Assembly (NCBI RefSeq): GCF_036321535.1
Contig: NC_087447.1
Span: 7,564,001-7,628,000 of the forward strand
Reading direction: 5' to 3'
From: Camelus dromedarius
Lineage: Eukaryota
DNA length: 64,000 bases
This document shows, one piece after another, positions 40,201-52,360 of this stretch; position 1 is the first letter of the stretch, and each line of letters starts with the position of its first letter. The notes beneath the pieces were generated by a model, which saw only the letters and a list, made by a program, of their open reading frames with translations, did no database searches and was not told the origin of the DNA. Made by a program: the position numbers and the translations under genes.

Positions 40201-43200
40201 AAACTAATCTATGGCATTAGAAGGAACATTAGTGGTTCCCCCTGTGGGAGATATTGCCTGGGTATGAGGGAGGATTCTGAAAGCTCCTGAAGTTCTTTTG
40301 CTTGATGTGTTGGTTATATTTGTGAATATTTCTAAATGTATGTTACACGCACACACACGCACTAAAAAGGAAAACTCAGAAAATAAAGCCTCTTAGAATT
40401 TAAAAAGTCAGTTGCAGAAATTGAAAATTCAATAGATCATTTGAAAGGTAATTTAAGGAACTCTCCAGAAAGTAGAACAAAAAGACAAGCATAAAAAAAG
40501 GAAGAAAAGATAAATGTCTAATTTTTAAAATATGTATATTTACAATTGTTTTATTTTATTTTTTAAATTTAATTTATTTTTTATTTTTACTTTTTCCCCT
40601 TAATGGAGGCACTGGAGATTGAACCCAGGACCTTGTGCATGCCAAGCACTCTCTACTACTGAGCTATACCCCCTACCCGGCAATATCTAATTTAAAAAAT
40701 TAACCCAGAAGGTCTAATATCTACTAAGTTCCAGGAAAAAAAAGAAAAGAAAAGAAAAATGGAGGGGAGGGAATTATTAAAGACATTGTATAGAACATAT
40801 TTCCAGAACTGGAGGACCCAGGTTTTTTATTTGAAAGGGCTTGGAAAGTATGCAGGCCCATCACTGAAGAAAGACTCATGCCAGGACATACTATTGAGAG
40901 CTTTTAAAACATCAAGAGGTAAGAAGAAGATTCTTAAAAACCTATAGTGCCTCCCCTCCCCTCCAAGAAAAACTAAAAGAGCCACACATGGAAGAACTGA
41001 AAATAAAAATGGCATCAGACTCCTCAGCAGCAACACTGGAAACTGAAGGACAATGAGAAGGTGGCTTCAAAATTTGGCAGGAAACTGTTTCAAACCTAGA
41101 ATTCTATTCCTATCACACAAGTGAGGGGAATAGCCACCTTTCCAAACATGCAGGATTTCAAATCATTTAGGGGAAGCTATTACTATTTTACCATTTTAGG
41201 GGAAGCTGTTGAAATATATACTCCATCAAGATGAGGGAGTCAGTCAAGAAAAAGGAACACAAGAGAGCTAGGAACCAAAAGTCTAATATAGGAGTTCCTA
41301 GGAAATAGTGAAGGGAAGTTCAAGGACAATGGCCAAGTGCTGGGTCTAGACTGCCACCATTCCATGGTTCTGGCCAGAAAATAACACTGACTGATATCCT
41401 AAAGTAATCAACTATTTTGAAAGGAGTATTGTGGTTGGGTTGCAATGCTGGAGGGGCTTGGTTATGGAACATCCCACCTCATCACCATGAAGACTCCCCA
41501 TGGCAAGCCACAGATTCAGAGAATGTCCAGCTAGCCTTTGGGGTCTCTTTTCTAATTATACACAGACAATTACCAGAAAATAAACTTTAAAAAATATAAC
41601 AATGATGAACTCCAAGAAAAATTTGACCAAGAAGGAAGTATAGTTATTCTGTGGCTTAGCTAAGAATGCTAGTTATGTGTTACTATTTATAGCCACAATC
41701 ATGTTGTTTTAACCAAAAGCCATAATACAACTCAACTGGAAAGATGCAAAGAGATGTGTGTGTTGTGGGGGAGGGAGGGAGCACATAAGACAGCTAAATC
41801 TTCATCTTCATACAAAGTGAATGTGTAATGTGTGAAATGGAAATATCAAGGAAGAGACATATATAAGCTTGTCATACAGATATAAACACTAGAATAAAAA
41901 GCTACAGAGTTAAAATCTACCGTCTCTAGGGATGAGAAATCCAGGATAAGGAGAGGTGAGAAGGGAACTGCTTTTTGTTGTTGTTTTTATTCTATTGGGA
42001 CCATTCAACTCTTTAAGCCATCATATATTACTTTGATTAAAAATAAAATTTAGACACAACATTGTAAAATGACTATAACGCAATAAAAATGTTTAAAATA
42101 AAATAAAATAAAATTTAATACAAACTACTACATATAAAATAAACAACAAGGTCCTATTGTATAGCACAAGGAACTATATTCAATATCTTGGACTAAACTT
42201 TAATGAAAAAGAATATGTATAGATAAGTATGTAACTGAATCACTAAGCTATACACCAGAAACTAATTGTAAATCAACTAGACATCAATTAAAAAATACAT
42301 AAATAAAATAAAATTTATAAAACAAGGAAAACAACAACGACCAAACAGTTTTTAGATATTGCACAACAGTCGGGTACATATAGCTCAGTGGTAGAGCACA
42401 TGCTTAGCATACGTGAGGTTCTGGGTTCAATCCCCAGTACCTCCATAAAAAAGAAAAAAAGATATTGGACAACAGACCACAGAGAGAGAAAGAAGAGAAA
42501 TAAAGAAGTGCATCCTGAGATTGCCTAGCTTACTTTCTGGAGTGAGTGTGCTCCCCGTAGTAGGGAGGAGGACCTCAAACAGAGCCCAGCAGGTAAGAAG
42601 ATGCAGTTGAGAATCTGGGGAGTCCAAGGCAGCTAGAGTTCACATGACAGAGTGCTGGAGAGGAGAGAGCTGCACAGAGAGAGAGCTCTGGATGGAGATC
42701 ACAGAGGGCTCCTCTTAGGTCTTTAGCTGAGTACTGATCAGCCTATGTGTGTAAGGAAACTACTCAAGGCTGGTGGAAGAAAACACTGCAGAGGAGCTGG
42801 TAGAACATTAATCAGAGCTCACGTTGGGTGGGAATATTTCACATTCCCAAACATAGGTTAGAGAAACCTCACAATATGTCATGTCAGAAGACTCAGGAGG
42901 CTATTGTCTCAGTAATGAAGTAAATTAGCCCTAGACTAAAAGATGCTTTTGTCCGGTCTAATTCATTATTATTGAATTATTATAAATTACAATTATTAAT
43001 TAATGTTCAAAGCAAGTTTGAGAAGGATCAAAGTGTTTCCAATTGTCTTAATTTCATCTGTAAACAAGGTTTAAAAAGATTTAAGGGACTACCAAAAAAA
43101 AATCAAGCACCCAAGAACATAAAGTTTATAGTATGGTGTCTGGTATCAAATAAAAAATTACCACAAGGCATGAAAATAAGCAGAAAAATACAACCCATAA

Positions 43201-46200
43201 TGAACAGATAAATAGTCAATAGAAATAGATCCAGAAATGACACAGATAGTAGAATTAATGGACAAAAACACTAAAAAAAAGTATTTAAAATATATCCTGT
43301 ATGTTCAAGAAGGTAGAGGAAAGCATGGGCCTGTTAAGGAGAGATGGAAAATATTAAAAAGGTCACAACTGAACTTCTAGGCAGGGGATTGATGGCAGAT
43401 TAGACATGGGAGAAGAAAAGATTAGTAAACTTGAAAATAAAGCAATAGAACTATCCAAAATGAAACACAGAAAAATAAGATGAGGAAAAAAAAAAAAAAA
43501 CTGAACAGAGCATCCATTAGCTGTGGGTAATTTTAAGAAGCCTAATACTCATGTAACTGGAATCCCGTAAGGGACGAGGAGGTGCAGAAAAAATATCTGA
43601 AAAAATAAAGGCCAAAAATTTTCCAAATTTGATGAAAACTATTAACTCAGATTCAAGAGGCTCAATGAACTCCAAGCATGAGAAACCTGAAGCAAACTGA
43701 GGCACATGGTCATCAAGTTGTTCAAAACCAGTGATAAAGAGAAAGCCATAAAAGCAGTCAGAAAAAAAAGACATGTCACATACAGATGAGCACAGAGACA
43801 GCAGGTCGGCTGCTGGAAGCAGTGTGAGCCTCGAGACCAGGAGGCATCAGCATCAAGGCACTGTAAGGAAAAAGAACCATCAACCAGGAACTCTGCACCG
43901 AGTAAAAATATCTTTCAAAATCAAAGGCAAAGAGGGGGAAGAGCATAGCTCAAGAGGTAGAATGAGGTCCTGGGTTCAATCCCCAGTACCTCCTCTAAAA
44001 ATAAACAAACCTAATTACCTACCCCTACCAAAAAATTCTTTAAAAAAAAGAAAACACATTTTAAAATGGATGACAAATAAATAATAAATAAAAATTTAAA
44101 AATCAAAAGCATAGAAATTTTTTTGAAAAAATATTCAATGAAAAAAACAAAGGCAAAATAATGGCTTATACGGATATACATACAAAGCCTGAAAGAATTC
44201 ATCACCATTCTTGTCGAGATCAACTCTACAAGAAATATTAAAGGAAGTCCTTCAGGCAGACAGAAAGTGATTCCCGCTGGAAATCCAGCTCTGTATTTTG
44301 AGAATAAAGAGCACAGAAGGGCGAGGGTAGAGCTAAGGGGCAGAGCACATGCTTAACATGCAAGAGGTCTTGGGTTCAATCCCCAGTGCCTCCATCAAGA
44401 AAAAAAAATTTTTTTTTTAAAGAGCACAGGGAATGGTGAGCTTGTGGGCGGGTAGAAAAGACTTTTTTCATACGTTTAAGATGTATTTTTAGGACAATTG
44501 GCTATGAGAACTGTTCTGTATCCTGGCTGCGTCACATCAAGGTCCTGGTTGTGCTACTGATTGGGGAAGCTGGGTAAGGAGTCCCCCGGGTGTCTGGGAT
44601 CTCCGTGTATTAGTTCTGAGGACTGTCTGGGAACCCATGGTTATCGGTTATCGCAAAACAAAAGTTTCATAAAAAAATAATGGACTAGTTAAAGTGAAAA
44701 TGATCATGATGATGACTCAACAATTCTACTTCTCGGTTTACACCCAGGAAAAGTGAAAATATTTGTTCACTCAAAAACTTGTACGTGGATATTCGTGGCA
44801 GCATTATTCATAACAGCCAACAAGTAGGGGGGGATAACAAATGTCTATTAATGAATGGATAAATAAAATATGGCATATACATACAATGAAATATTATTTT
44901 GCAATAAGAAGGAACGAAACACTGACACATGGATGAACATTGAAAATGTTCAGGGGCGGTGGGTATAGCTCAGTGGTAGATCAAATGCTCCTAGGTTCAA
45001 TCCCCAGTACCTTTATTAAAAAAAAAAAACATTATGCTAAGTGAAAGAAGCCAGCCACAAAAGGCCACGTAGTGTATGATTCCATATTCCATATACATGA
45101 AATGTCCAAACAACAAGGACCTACTGTCTAGCACAGGGAACTGTATTCAGTATCGTAATAACCTATAATGGACAAGAATCTGAAAAAAAATACATATATA
45201 TACATGTATAACGAAATCACTTTGCTATGCACCTGAAACACTGTACATCAACTATACTTCAATAAAAAATAAAAATAAAAACCAAAAGAAATGTCCAGAA
45301 TAGATAAATCTATAGAGACAGAAAGGAGATTAATCAATGCCAGGGGCTGAGGCATAAATGGGGAGTGACTGTTAATGGGTGTGAGATTTCTTCTGAGGAT
45401 GCTGAAAGTGTTCTAAAACTGATTGTGGTGATGGTTGCACAACTCTGTGAAAACACTAAAAGCCATTGAGCTGTATGCTTTAAATGGGCAAATTTTATGG
45501 TGATGAATCATTGCTCAACACAGCCATCATCATAGTAATAACAGCAACAAGAACGACAGTGTACTGTGGGCTGTGACGTCAGTAGAAGCAGAGTGTGTGA
45601 GGCCAGGAGGTGAAGCGGAGCATCTCTCCTGTTGTAAGCTTCTTACACTGCAGTGAAGCAGTGGATTACTGGGTGGCAATAGTTTATGTGTCCTATAACA
45701 CCTAAAGCAACTACCAAAAGTTTTAAAAATCAGCATAGCTAATACGCTAATATAAAGGAGACAAACAGACTCATGCAAACTCCTCAATCCAAAAGAAGGC
45801 AGGGAAGATGGGAGAAAGGAACAACAGTCTGCAGGAGGAAGGGACAGGGATGTGGGGGCAGCAGAAAGGGGGCGGGGTGGGTGGGAGGGAGTAGGCGGGG
45901 CGGGGCCGTTCCAGGGCCAGATGGGCCTGGTCCTGCAGGCACTGGCATGGCTGCTGGGCCATAGGCAGCCACTGGAGCCATTTAAGCAGGAATGACAGGA
46001 CCTGATGCACCACTTGCAAGTGTTCATTCCAGATGCTGCGTGGAGGTTGGGGAGGCCAAGAGAGGAGAGGGGTCCATTAGGAGGGGCTGCAGTAACCCAC
46101 AAGAGAGAGGCAGCCGCTGGACGGGTGAAGAGACAGAAGGGAGCAAATGGTTCAGGATTTTAGTTCAAGGAAGACACAACAGGGCACAATAAGGGGTGAG

Positions 46201-49200
46201 GTGAGAGCAAAAGGGAAGGCTCCAGAATGAGGTGAGAGCGAGGCTTTTACAATGAGTCCATAGTGGGAGGATGTGCTGGGCAGACCCGAATCAAGAGCTC
46301 TGTTTCAGGAAGGAGCCTGGGGTGCCTGTTAGGTACCAGAGCAGAGACGGCCAGGTGGACACAGGAGTCTAGAGCTCAGGGGAGAGATGTCTGGGCCAGA
46401 GGTGATAAATCTGAGAGCTATAAAGAGCACCAAGATATTTAAATCCATGAGAAGAGACTCCTGGGAGAAAGGAAGGAGAGAAGGGGGCTGTAAATGGAGC
46501 CCTGGGGCTCACAACACCCAGAGGCCTTGGACACAGAAGAGCCAAGGAGCCCAGGCGGAGCAGCTACAGACCCCCAAGTGCATGGCGACCCCAAGTGGCC
46601 AAGTAAGACAGATGTGGAGGGGAATTGAGCAGGGAACAGGTAGCATGGAGGGCACCATCCCCTCGGCAGGGTGGGGATGGAAGACGCAGGGATAGATTTG
46701 GCTGAGGAGAGGGAGGGAGTCGAGGGGCACCCACACAGAAGGCTTCCGGGGAGTAAGGACACTGGATTCCAGAGTTTAGACATTTTGCAGCGAAGTGGCG
46801 CAGAGAAGCGGGGCCACAGGTGGAGGGAGCGCCTGGAGGTTTTTGAGACGGATGCATGGAGCCTATTGGTTGCTGGGTGGGGATGATAGGCAGGGAGGGA
46901 GAGAGGCACACTGCTGCCTGCAAGCAAAGCCTCGTCCCTCACCTGCCCCTAGTTTCTGCAGGTCCCAGGGCCACCCCTCCAGGAAGCCTTCCCTGAGCCA
47001 GGTGCCTGAGCAGACTTCCCAGGGGTACCTGCCACTGTCTACACTGAGCTGTGGTCATTACCTCCCTGACAGCCCTTAAGAAACAGGCGTTGGCATCAGG
47101 TGTTGGTGGAGTTAGTAAACGGGTGTGGGTGGACACATGGACAGATGGACGGGACCCTGTGAGTGGCTACCATTCCCAGAGCCCAGACACCCATGTCCCA
47201 CTGACCCAGACCCCTTCTCTGCAACCCAGCCCACCTTGGGATCCAGGTCAAAGAAGCTGTAGTACTTGAAGCGCAGCCAGAGCGTATCCCCAGCCTTGAT
47301 GCCCTGCTGCATGAGGCACCTCGATGAGTCCAGCCACCTGGGCCGCAGGGAGGCAGGGGCGGGGTCAGGGCGGAGCCAGGGCAGAGCCAGGTGCGGTGGG
47401 ACAGGGTGGGGGCTGGGCAGGGGGCTGGGGGCAAGTACAGGCTTATGGGAGTGGCCTGGGGACAGGAGTGGATCTGGGGCGAGCAGGACTCAGGGGATGG
47501 TGTGGGCTCTGGGAGCCCAGACCCCAGACCCCAGACCCAAGGGGATGTGGCCTGGGTGCAGACCCAGCACGTGGGGCACCTGCTGTGGCGATGGGTCTTG
47601 TCCAAGAGGGAGCTGGGCCGGGGCAGGCGCTGGAGCAGGAGGGGGTCCGGCGGTGGCTGTGGCCGGCTCAGCATGTGGTAGCAGGCCTCAGTCTGGGCAC
47701 TGTCTGAGAAGTGGGCTGGCATCCCCCGGAACAACGCAGGTGCTATGCCTGGAGTGCGGGTCCGGGGTCAAACAGGCCCGGCCCCCAGCCCCAGGCCTCC
47801 TGAGCCTGCCCCTGTGCCTCAACCCTGGGCCGCCCAGTCTGTGCTCACCCCCGGCCAGGACGACCTTGGTCAAATCATACACCTCCTCCTCCGGCTCCTT
47901 TTCCTTCTTCTTCTTCTCCTTCTTCTCGGGAGCCCGGAGCAGAGACATCTCCTCTGGGTGCCGGATACCTGGGGAGAGCTGGGGCCTCAGCCAGGCCTAG
48001 GGTCCTGCCCTAGGACCTCCTCCCACCCCACTCACCGGCAGTTTGGGGCAGTTCCCCGCCCTGTAGGCAGGATGGGGAGCAGTTCAGCAAGGACAAGGTG
48101 ACAATAGCTGGGCCTGTAAAGGGAGGGGACCTCACCCTGGCAGGACCCTTGCAGGGGGCAGAGTGGGAACCAGCGGGGGACTCACTGAGGAGCCGGCAGA
48201 TGGCAGCCACGGCCTGGAAGAGGGGTTGGGAGAAGCTGGCTTTGAGGCGCAGGGCCCGGCGATTGGGCAGCCTCAGGATGACTGGCCGGTGCTGAGGCCC
48301 GAAGAAGAGGCGGGCATCGGCCAGGATCCCGTATTTGTCCAGCGTCCAGTGGGTCTGCAGCAGCCATTGTCTCTTCTGTTCCCACCAGATGGCGTGATCT
48401 GACCAGTCCTGCTTGCGCTCTGAGGGGTCACAGGCAGGGGGGTGCACATCAGCCTCGGAGGCCCTGGCCCCCAGCACTGAGCACAAGCCTGGGATTCAGA
48501 GGTGCTGACTGCCCCTCCCCTACCCAGGCCAAAGGCAGGGCCAGGCTGGGTCAGCTTGGGGTCTAGGATTGAGGTCATTGCAGAACCGTTTTTGCTGGCT
48601 AACCCTGCTTGTCCACCTGGGCTCAGTCACTACTACTGAAGGGAGTAACATCCTGGGGGACCCCCCACCTCAGAGTCCGGACGCCCCAGTCTTAGGGCCC
48701 CCACTCCACACACTCCAGCCCATGGGGCTCCGCTGTACAGCACCTCCCACAATTCCTGGCTTCATGGCCTCTCTCTGGCATTCCTGGGAGCTTGGGAGAC
48801 AGCAGGCAGTCCATAAATATATAATGCTTACTAGCTCCGTGACCTCGGCCAGGGCCTGAACCTCTCTGAGCCTGTTTCCCAGTTTCTGAGATGTAGGTAG
48901 CAATGGACACTGATCAGTGCCTGCCCCATGGTAAGTGCCTGGCGTCTGTGACATAGACATGGGGCCGCATGAAAACATTCAGTTAGAAATGTGAACACCT
49001 CACAGTCCTGCGGTTACGGATGGAGGATAAGGATATGCGCTCTCCTCTCCGTCCTCCACCCCCCGCAACCCCCAGCCACAAGCCTGAACTGGTGCCAGGT
49101 GAGCATAAAGACACAGGATAGGCAGAGCCCTCTAGTGTCAAAGCCCTTCCTGGGGAGGGGTCCCACCACAGCTCCACTCCCTCCCGCGGCCCTCCCTCCT

Positions 49201-51437
49201 CCTCCTGCCCTGATGTCAGCAGTGCAGCTGAATGGAGAGAGGGTCTGTCTGAGCCTCCCTGCTGCACCCTCACTCTGTTCTTGGCTTTCTGGCACCCACC
49301 TTCCTTCTCCTCCCAATCCTTTGTCCTTGTTTTGTCTCATTGGCCCCTCTGCTCCATCCTTCCCCATTTGGTTCAGTTGGAGGAGCCTCTTCTCCCTCCT
49401 TGGCCACGGCCTCTTCCTGGGGGGGGGGGGTCTCACCTAGTCTACAGTTTCATCTTCCTGCTGTGAGCCCCAGCCCAAAATCCCCAAGCCACTGGTTAAG
49501 AGGCACGTCCATTGGCTTTGATCATTCCAGAAATCTTTGTTCACCAGCTCATGTGCCCAGCTCTGGGACTATAAATGCAATGACTCACAGTCCCAGCTCC
49601 CAAGGTGCTCCTTTTTACCTCGCTCTGCCTGACACTGGACAGAAGCACCCCCTCTCCTCACAACCTCTGGGGACTGCGTGACAACAGCTCTCCTGCAAGG
49701 CCCAGCATCGTCCCTTTTGCTTTTAGGCACTGCATTTAATCCATGCCAATCCCACCTCCAAAAGCCACCTCCTGTTCATCCTCCAGCCCACCCCAACCCG
49801 AGGGACCTGCCTTGGGTATCTCACTGGAAACCCTCCAGCCACTTCTCTCCACCTCCAGGATGGAGTCCGCAATGCCTTATGGCTGTCACCCCAGCCTTGT
49901 TTCTTCTCAGAAAACACTGACAAATTCACAACGCTCCTGTGCCCCAACATCCCACCTTGCTCCTCCCTGCTGCAGACCCCTCCCAGGATGCATATTAAGT
50001 GGCCTCTCTTGGGAAGTCCCCTGTCTTGGACTGTGAGGCCCATCTTCTGGCTCCAGGTCCCCATGCTGGCTGCTCCTGGCACACACACCCACCCCCAAGA
50101 CAACACTCGGCCCTATGCCAGCTGCTGAAGGGTGGGTCTCACCTGCCTGGCTGCTCTTTAGGCCAGGGGCTGGCATGGGCCAGCCTGGCTGAGCATCAGT
50201 AGACATCTGATGTACTACGGAGTAAGTGAGAGTCGGAGGAGTGGGGACAGTGTCCCCGGGGCAGGGGACAGGAGCTGGAGGGACTGAACCCTAGGGGCCC
50301 AGCAGCAAGTGGAGGAGTGGGGTCCTACTGGCTCCTTGTTCAGGCCTCTTGCTTTGCCGTGGGCCAAGCCCTGGGCCCAACCGGGTCTTCTCTTGGGGCA
50401 CTTGGTCTTTACCCTCTCTGCCCTGCTTGGCCCAGGCCTGCCTGAGTCTCGGTCTGCTGCCCAGTCCCCTGAAGGACCCTCTCTCCCTACTTCTGCTTTC
50501 ACAGCCTCCTTGGGCCTTGCCTTCTGGAAGCTCCCTTCACCACTTCAGCCTTGTGGCCGGGCTGCCCTGGGGCCCCCTCCTGTCCGTACACCTACTGACC
50601 TCCCTCCTGGGCTGCACGTGGTGGGTTGGCTGGGTCGGAAGAAGCCCTCCCATCCCCACCCACAGGACCCAGGACCCGGCTGTCTGGGACTATCATGGCC
50701 TGACATCCGCCTCTGGCTATCTGAGCGGGCCTGCTGCCCTCCCAGGAAGGGGCAGCCCCCACCCCCAGCAGGGAGAGGTGATGAGAAGCCCCCATGTCAC
50801 TGGCCCCGCTCCCCTCCAGGGCTGATACCACAGGCAGCTCTGCTGTAACTTCCTGTGGGGGCAGGGCCTTCCCACTCGGGCTGGGCCTGTCACCAGCCTG
50901 CTGAGGGCTTCCGCCCCGGGAGAGAGTGTGGGAACAGGCCCCCAAGTCTCCAGGAGACCCCTCTGGTCCCCCCTCAGACCTCTAGAGTGGGACCTCTGCC
51001 TCATCGAAGGCAAGGTCTCTCCTGCCCCAGAAGTGGGTGAACGGGGGACAGTGGTTGGGTCTGCTCCTTGGGGTCTTAGCAGAACCAGCTGGTGTGGGAG
51101 GAAGGGAGGGAAGACAGTGGGAGGGAGGGGAAGTTAAGCTGGGGAAATGTCTTTTTTGGAACCAAATGATTAAGCTGGTGCCTGAGTCACTGTGACTCGG
51201 TTATCGAGCGCGGAGCAGCAGGGCTGGCCCGGAAGTGCCAAGAGACCCGGTGGGCAGCAGGGGCAGCAGGCACTCACTGATCTCCTCCACGATCTTCAGG
51301 AGCACCCCACCGATGTGCGACTCCCCTGTGACCCGGAGGGTGACCGACTCGGCCTCGGGGTCCTCCTCTCCTACAAAGACCCGCAGCTCCCAGGACGAGT
51401 CAATGTAGTCCCCCATGGCTGTCTTCATCCCTGCCAT
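34249..51437 (-). CDS. FERMT3: Kindlin-3 (fermitin family member 3), 663 aa
   Basis: Exons 51437-51278, 48419-48186, 47968-47849, 47748-47580, 47337-47235, 37160-37053, 36889-36755, 36674-36625, 36519-36395, 36172-36066, 35949-35716, 35358-35234, 34683-34542, 34428-34249; sum 1992 nt. MAGMKT...F3 [12 protein letters not shown]...[10 protein letters not shown]. Non-coding exon 1 donor at 52044. Confidence 0.98.
34770..34870 (+). mobile_element. MIR SINE
   Basis: CAAGTAAGTCATTTAAGTTCTCTGGGCCTCAAGTTCCTCATCTGGAAAATGGG core. Confidence 0.7.
37380..37900 (-). mobile_element. L2 LINE remnant (split by SINE)
   Basis: CTACTGTGTGCCCTGCATG...GGAAGGCTTCCCTGAGGAGG...TGAGACCTGAGGGATG landmarks. Confidence 0.55.
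37508..37627 (+). mobile_element. tRNA-Ala-derived camelid SINE
   Basis: Same head and tail; perfect 15-bp TSD AGGAAATAGATTCCA at 37491-37505 and 37628-37642; inserted in an L2. Confidence 0.9.
38860..40300 (+). mobile_element. Old eutherian L1M fragment (ORF2 3' part and 3'UTR), decayed
   Basis: TTCAATAAATGG...ATCAATTCCAGATGGATT...CACACCTACCAGAATGGCTA...AGAAGCCAGACACAAAAGAGTA landmarks; many stops. Confidence 0.75.
40531..40680 (-). mobile_element. tRNA-Ala-derived camelid SINE (reverse)
   Basis: TGGAGGCACTGGAGATTGAACCCAGGACC...CTACTGAGCTATACC preceded by T-rich tail. Confidence 0.85.
42115..42320 (+). mobile_element. 5'-truncated cetartiodactyl-type L1 3' end
   Basis: AAACAACAAGGTCCTATTGTATAGCACAAGGAACTATATTCAATATCTTG...AAATCAACTA plus A-rich tail. 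Confidence 0.75.
42372..42459 (+). mobile_element. tRNA-Ala-derived camelid SINE
   Basis: Head plus A tail; 16-bp TSD AGATATTG(C/G)ACAACAG at 42354-42369 and 42460-42475. Confidence 0.85.
43934..44098 (+). mobile_element. tRNA-Ala-derived camelid SINE with internal deletion
   Basis: A and B boxes kept, anticodon arm deleted, CCTAATTACC 3' motif; flanks AAAATCAAA(G/A)GCA. Confidence 0.8.
44318..44417 (+). mobile_element. tRNA-Ala-derived camelid SINE (diverged)
   Basis: GGTTCAATCCCCAGTGCCTCCA B box; TSD TAAAGAGCACAG at 44305-44316 and 44418-44429. Confidence 0.8.
44953..45028 (+). mobile_element. tRNA-Ala-derived camelid SINE with internal deletion
   Basis: GGGTATAGCTCAGTGGTAGA...GGTTCAATCCCCAGTACC plus A tail, inside an old L1 3' region. 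Confidence 0.8.
45109..45287 (+). mobile_element. 5'-truncated cetartiodactyl-type L1 3' end with TSD
   Basis: Same family; TSD GAAATGTCCA at 45099-45108 and 45288-45297. Confidence 0.8.
46150..46720 (-). mobile_element. L2 LINE remnant
   Basis: Purine-rich GGAGTCTAGAGCTCAGGGGAGAGATGTCTGGGC...GATAAATCTGAGAG pattern. Confidence 0.45.
48820..48930 (+). mobile_element. MIR SINE
   Basis: ACTAGCTCCGTGACCTCGG...AACCTCTCTGAGCCTGTTTCCC...CTGAGATG. Further short MIR remnants at about 9915, 10200, 11900, 15350, 17480, 27490, 28440 and 31680. Confidence 0.6.
49600..50210 (+). mobile_element. L2 LINE remnant
   Basis: Pyrimidine-rich body ending in CAGCCTGGC...CAGTAGACATC, resembling the L2 3' end. Confidence 0.4.
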
Positions 51438-52044
51438 GGCTGCGGCAGCTCTGCGGAGAGGGTAGCAAGAGGCAGGGTGGTTAGGAGGGCAGGCTGGGGC
51501 CTGGTAGGCTGCCTCGGGTGCCTGGGAGAGGCAGAAGGGCAGAGAGCAAGCCCGCAGGCCAGGATGCCATGTCAGCGGCAAGACATGGGGAGCTGAATTT
51601 TTCCAGGCAAACCTCAGACCCTGTCGCCATCATGGATGGTTGAGTTGAAGGGACCCTTGGAGGCCATGTTGCCCAGCCGGCTCCCTTCTCACAGAGGGGA
51701 AGATGGAGGCCCGGTAAGAGTAAGAAGGGGCTCACTCAAGATCACACAGCTTGATCCCAGAGCTGGGCACGACCTCCGTCTACTGGCCCAGCCCACAGCC
51801 CACCCCACAGCCCACCCCAAGCCCACACTGGCAGCTGCCCACCCTGGAAATGGCGGTGAACCCAGGTCAGAGAGTAGTTCCAATCAGGCCCAAAGCTCAG
51901 CTCCATCATCCCAAACTGGCCAAAGTCTCCCCAGGGCAGTGGACAGTCCAGGCTGCTGCACGGAGAGAGGCATGCTGGGCAGGGGGCCTGCAGGAGGGCA
52001 AGGAAGAGAGGGGCCCTTGGGCCTCCAGCTGCTGGCCTGCTTAC

Positions 52045-52360
52045 CTGGCCTGCGAGGGGTTGGGGCTGCAGGTGGGGGATCGGGGTGTCAGCCACTCCTG
52101 GCCTCGGCCTGCACACCTGCAGACCGCTGCGTGCTTCCTTCCCCTTTGCTTTCTCTTTGGAGCTTCCTTCAGAGGGCAGCCCTTAGGCCTTATCACGAGC
52201 AGGGCGGGCTCAGCCCCTCCCCAGGGCGGGCTGGAGCTGGGTGCAGGAAGCAACTTCTGGTAGGGCGGCAGGGTAGCAGCAGCGAGGGTTCCAGTGGGGC
52301 CCTGCCTCTGCTCCCAGTGAGCACAGAGGTAAGTGGGTCTTGTGGACCCAAGACCACAAA
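52045..52360 (-). promoter_or_regulatory. FERMT3 non-coding exon 1 and haematopoietic-type promoter
   Basis: Donor CAG|GTAAGC at 52044; GATA TTATCA 52190-52195; ETS CAGGAAG 52244-52250; RUNX GACCACA 52352-52358; GGGCGGG boxes; non-CpG-island. Confidence 0.65.

Larger units (their letters stand above)
41000..45770 (+). mobile_element. Mosaic of old L1M fragments (5'/ORF1-like and 3' parts) interrupted by younger SINEs and L1 tails
   Basis: A-rich; GAAAAGATTAGTAAACTTGAAAA, TTCCAAATTTGATGAAAACT, ATTATGCTAAGTGAAAGAAGCCAG landmarks. Boundaries approximate. Confidence 0.6.

Noticed and set aside
38860-45770. Active or coding L1
   Set aside because: Fragmented, interrupted and full of stops; longest ORFs are about 100 aa or less.
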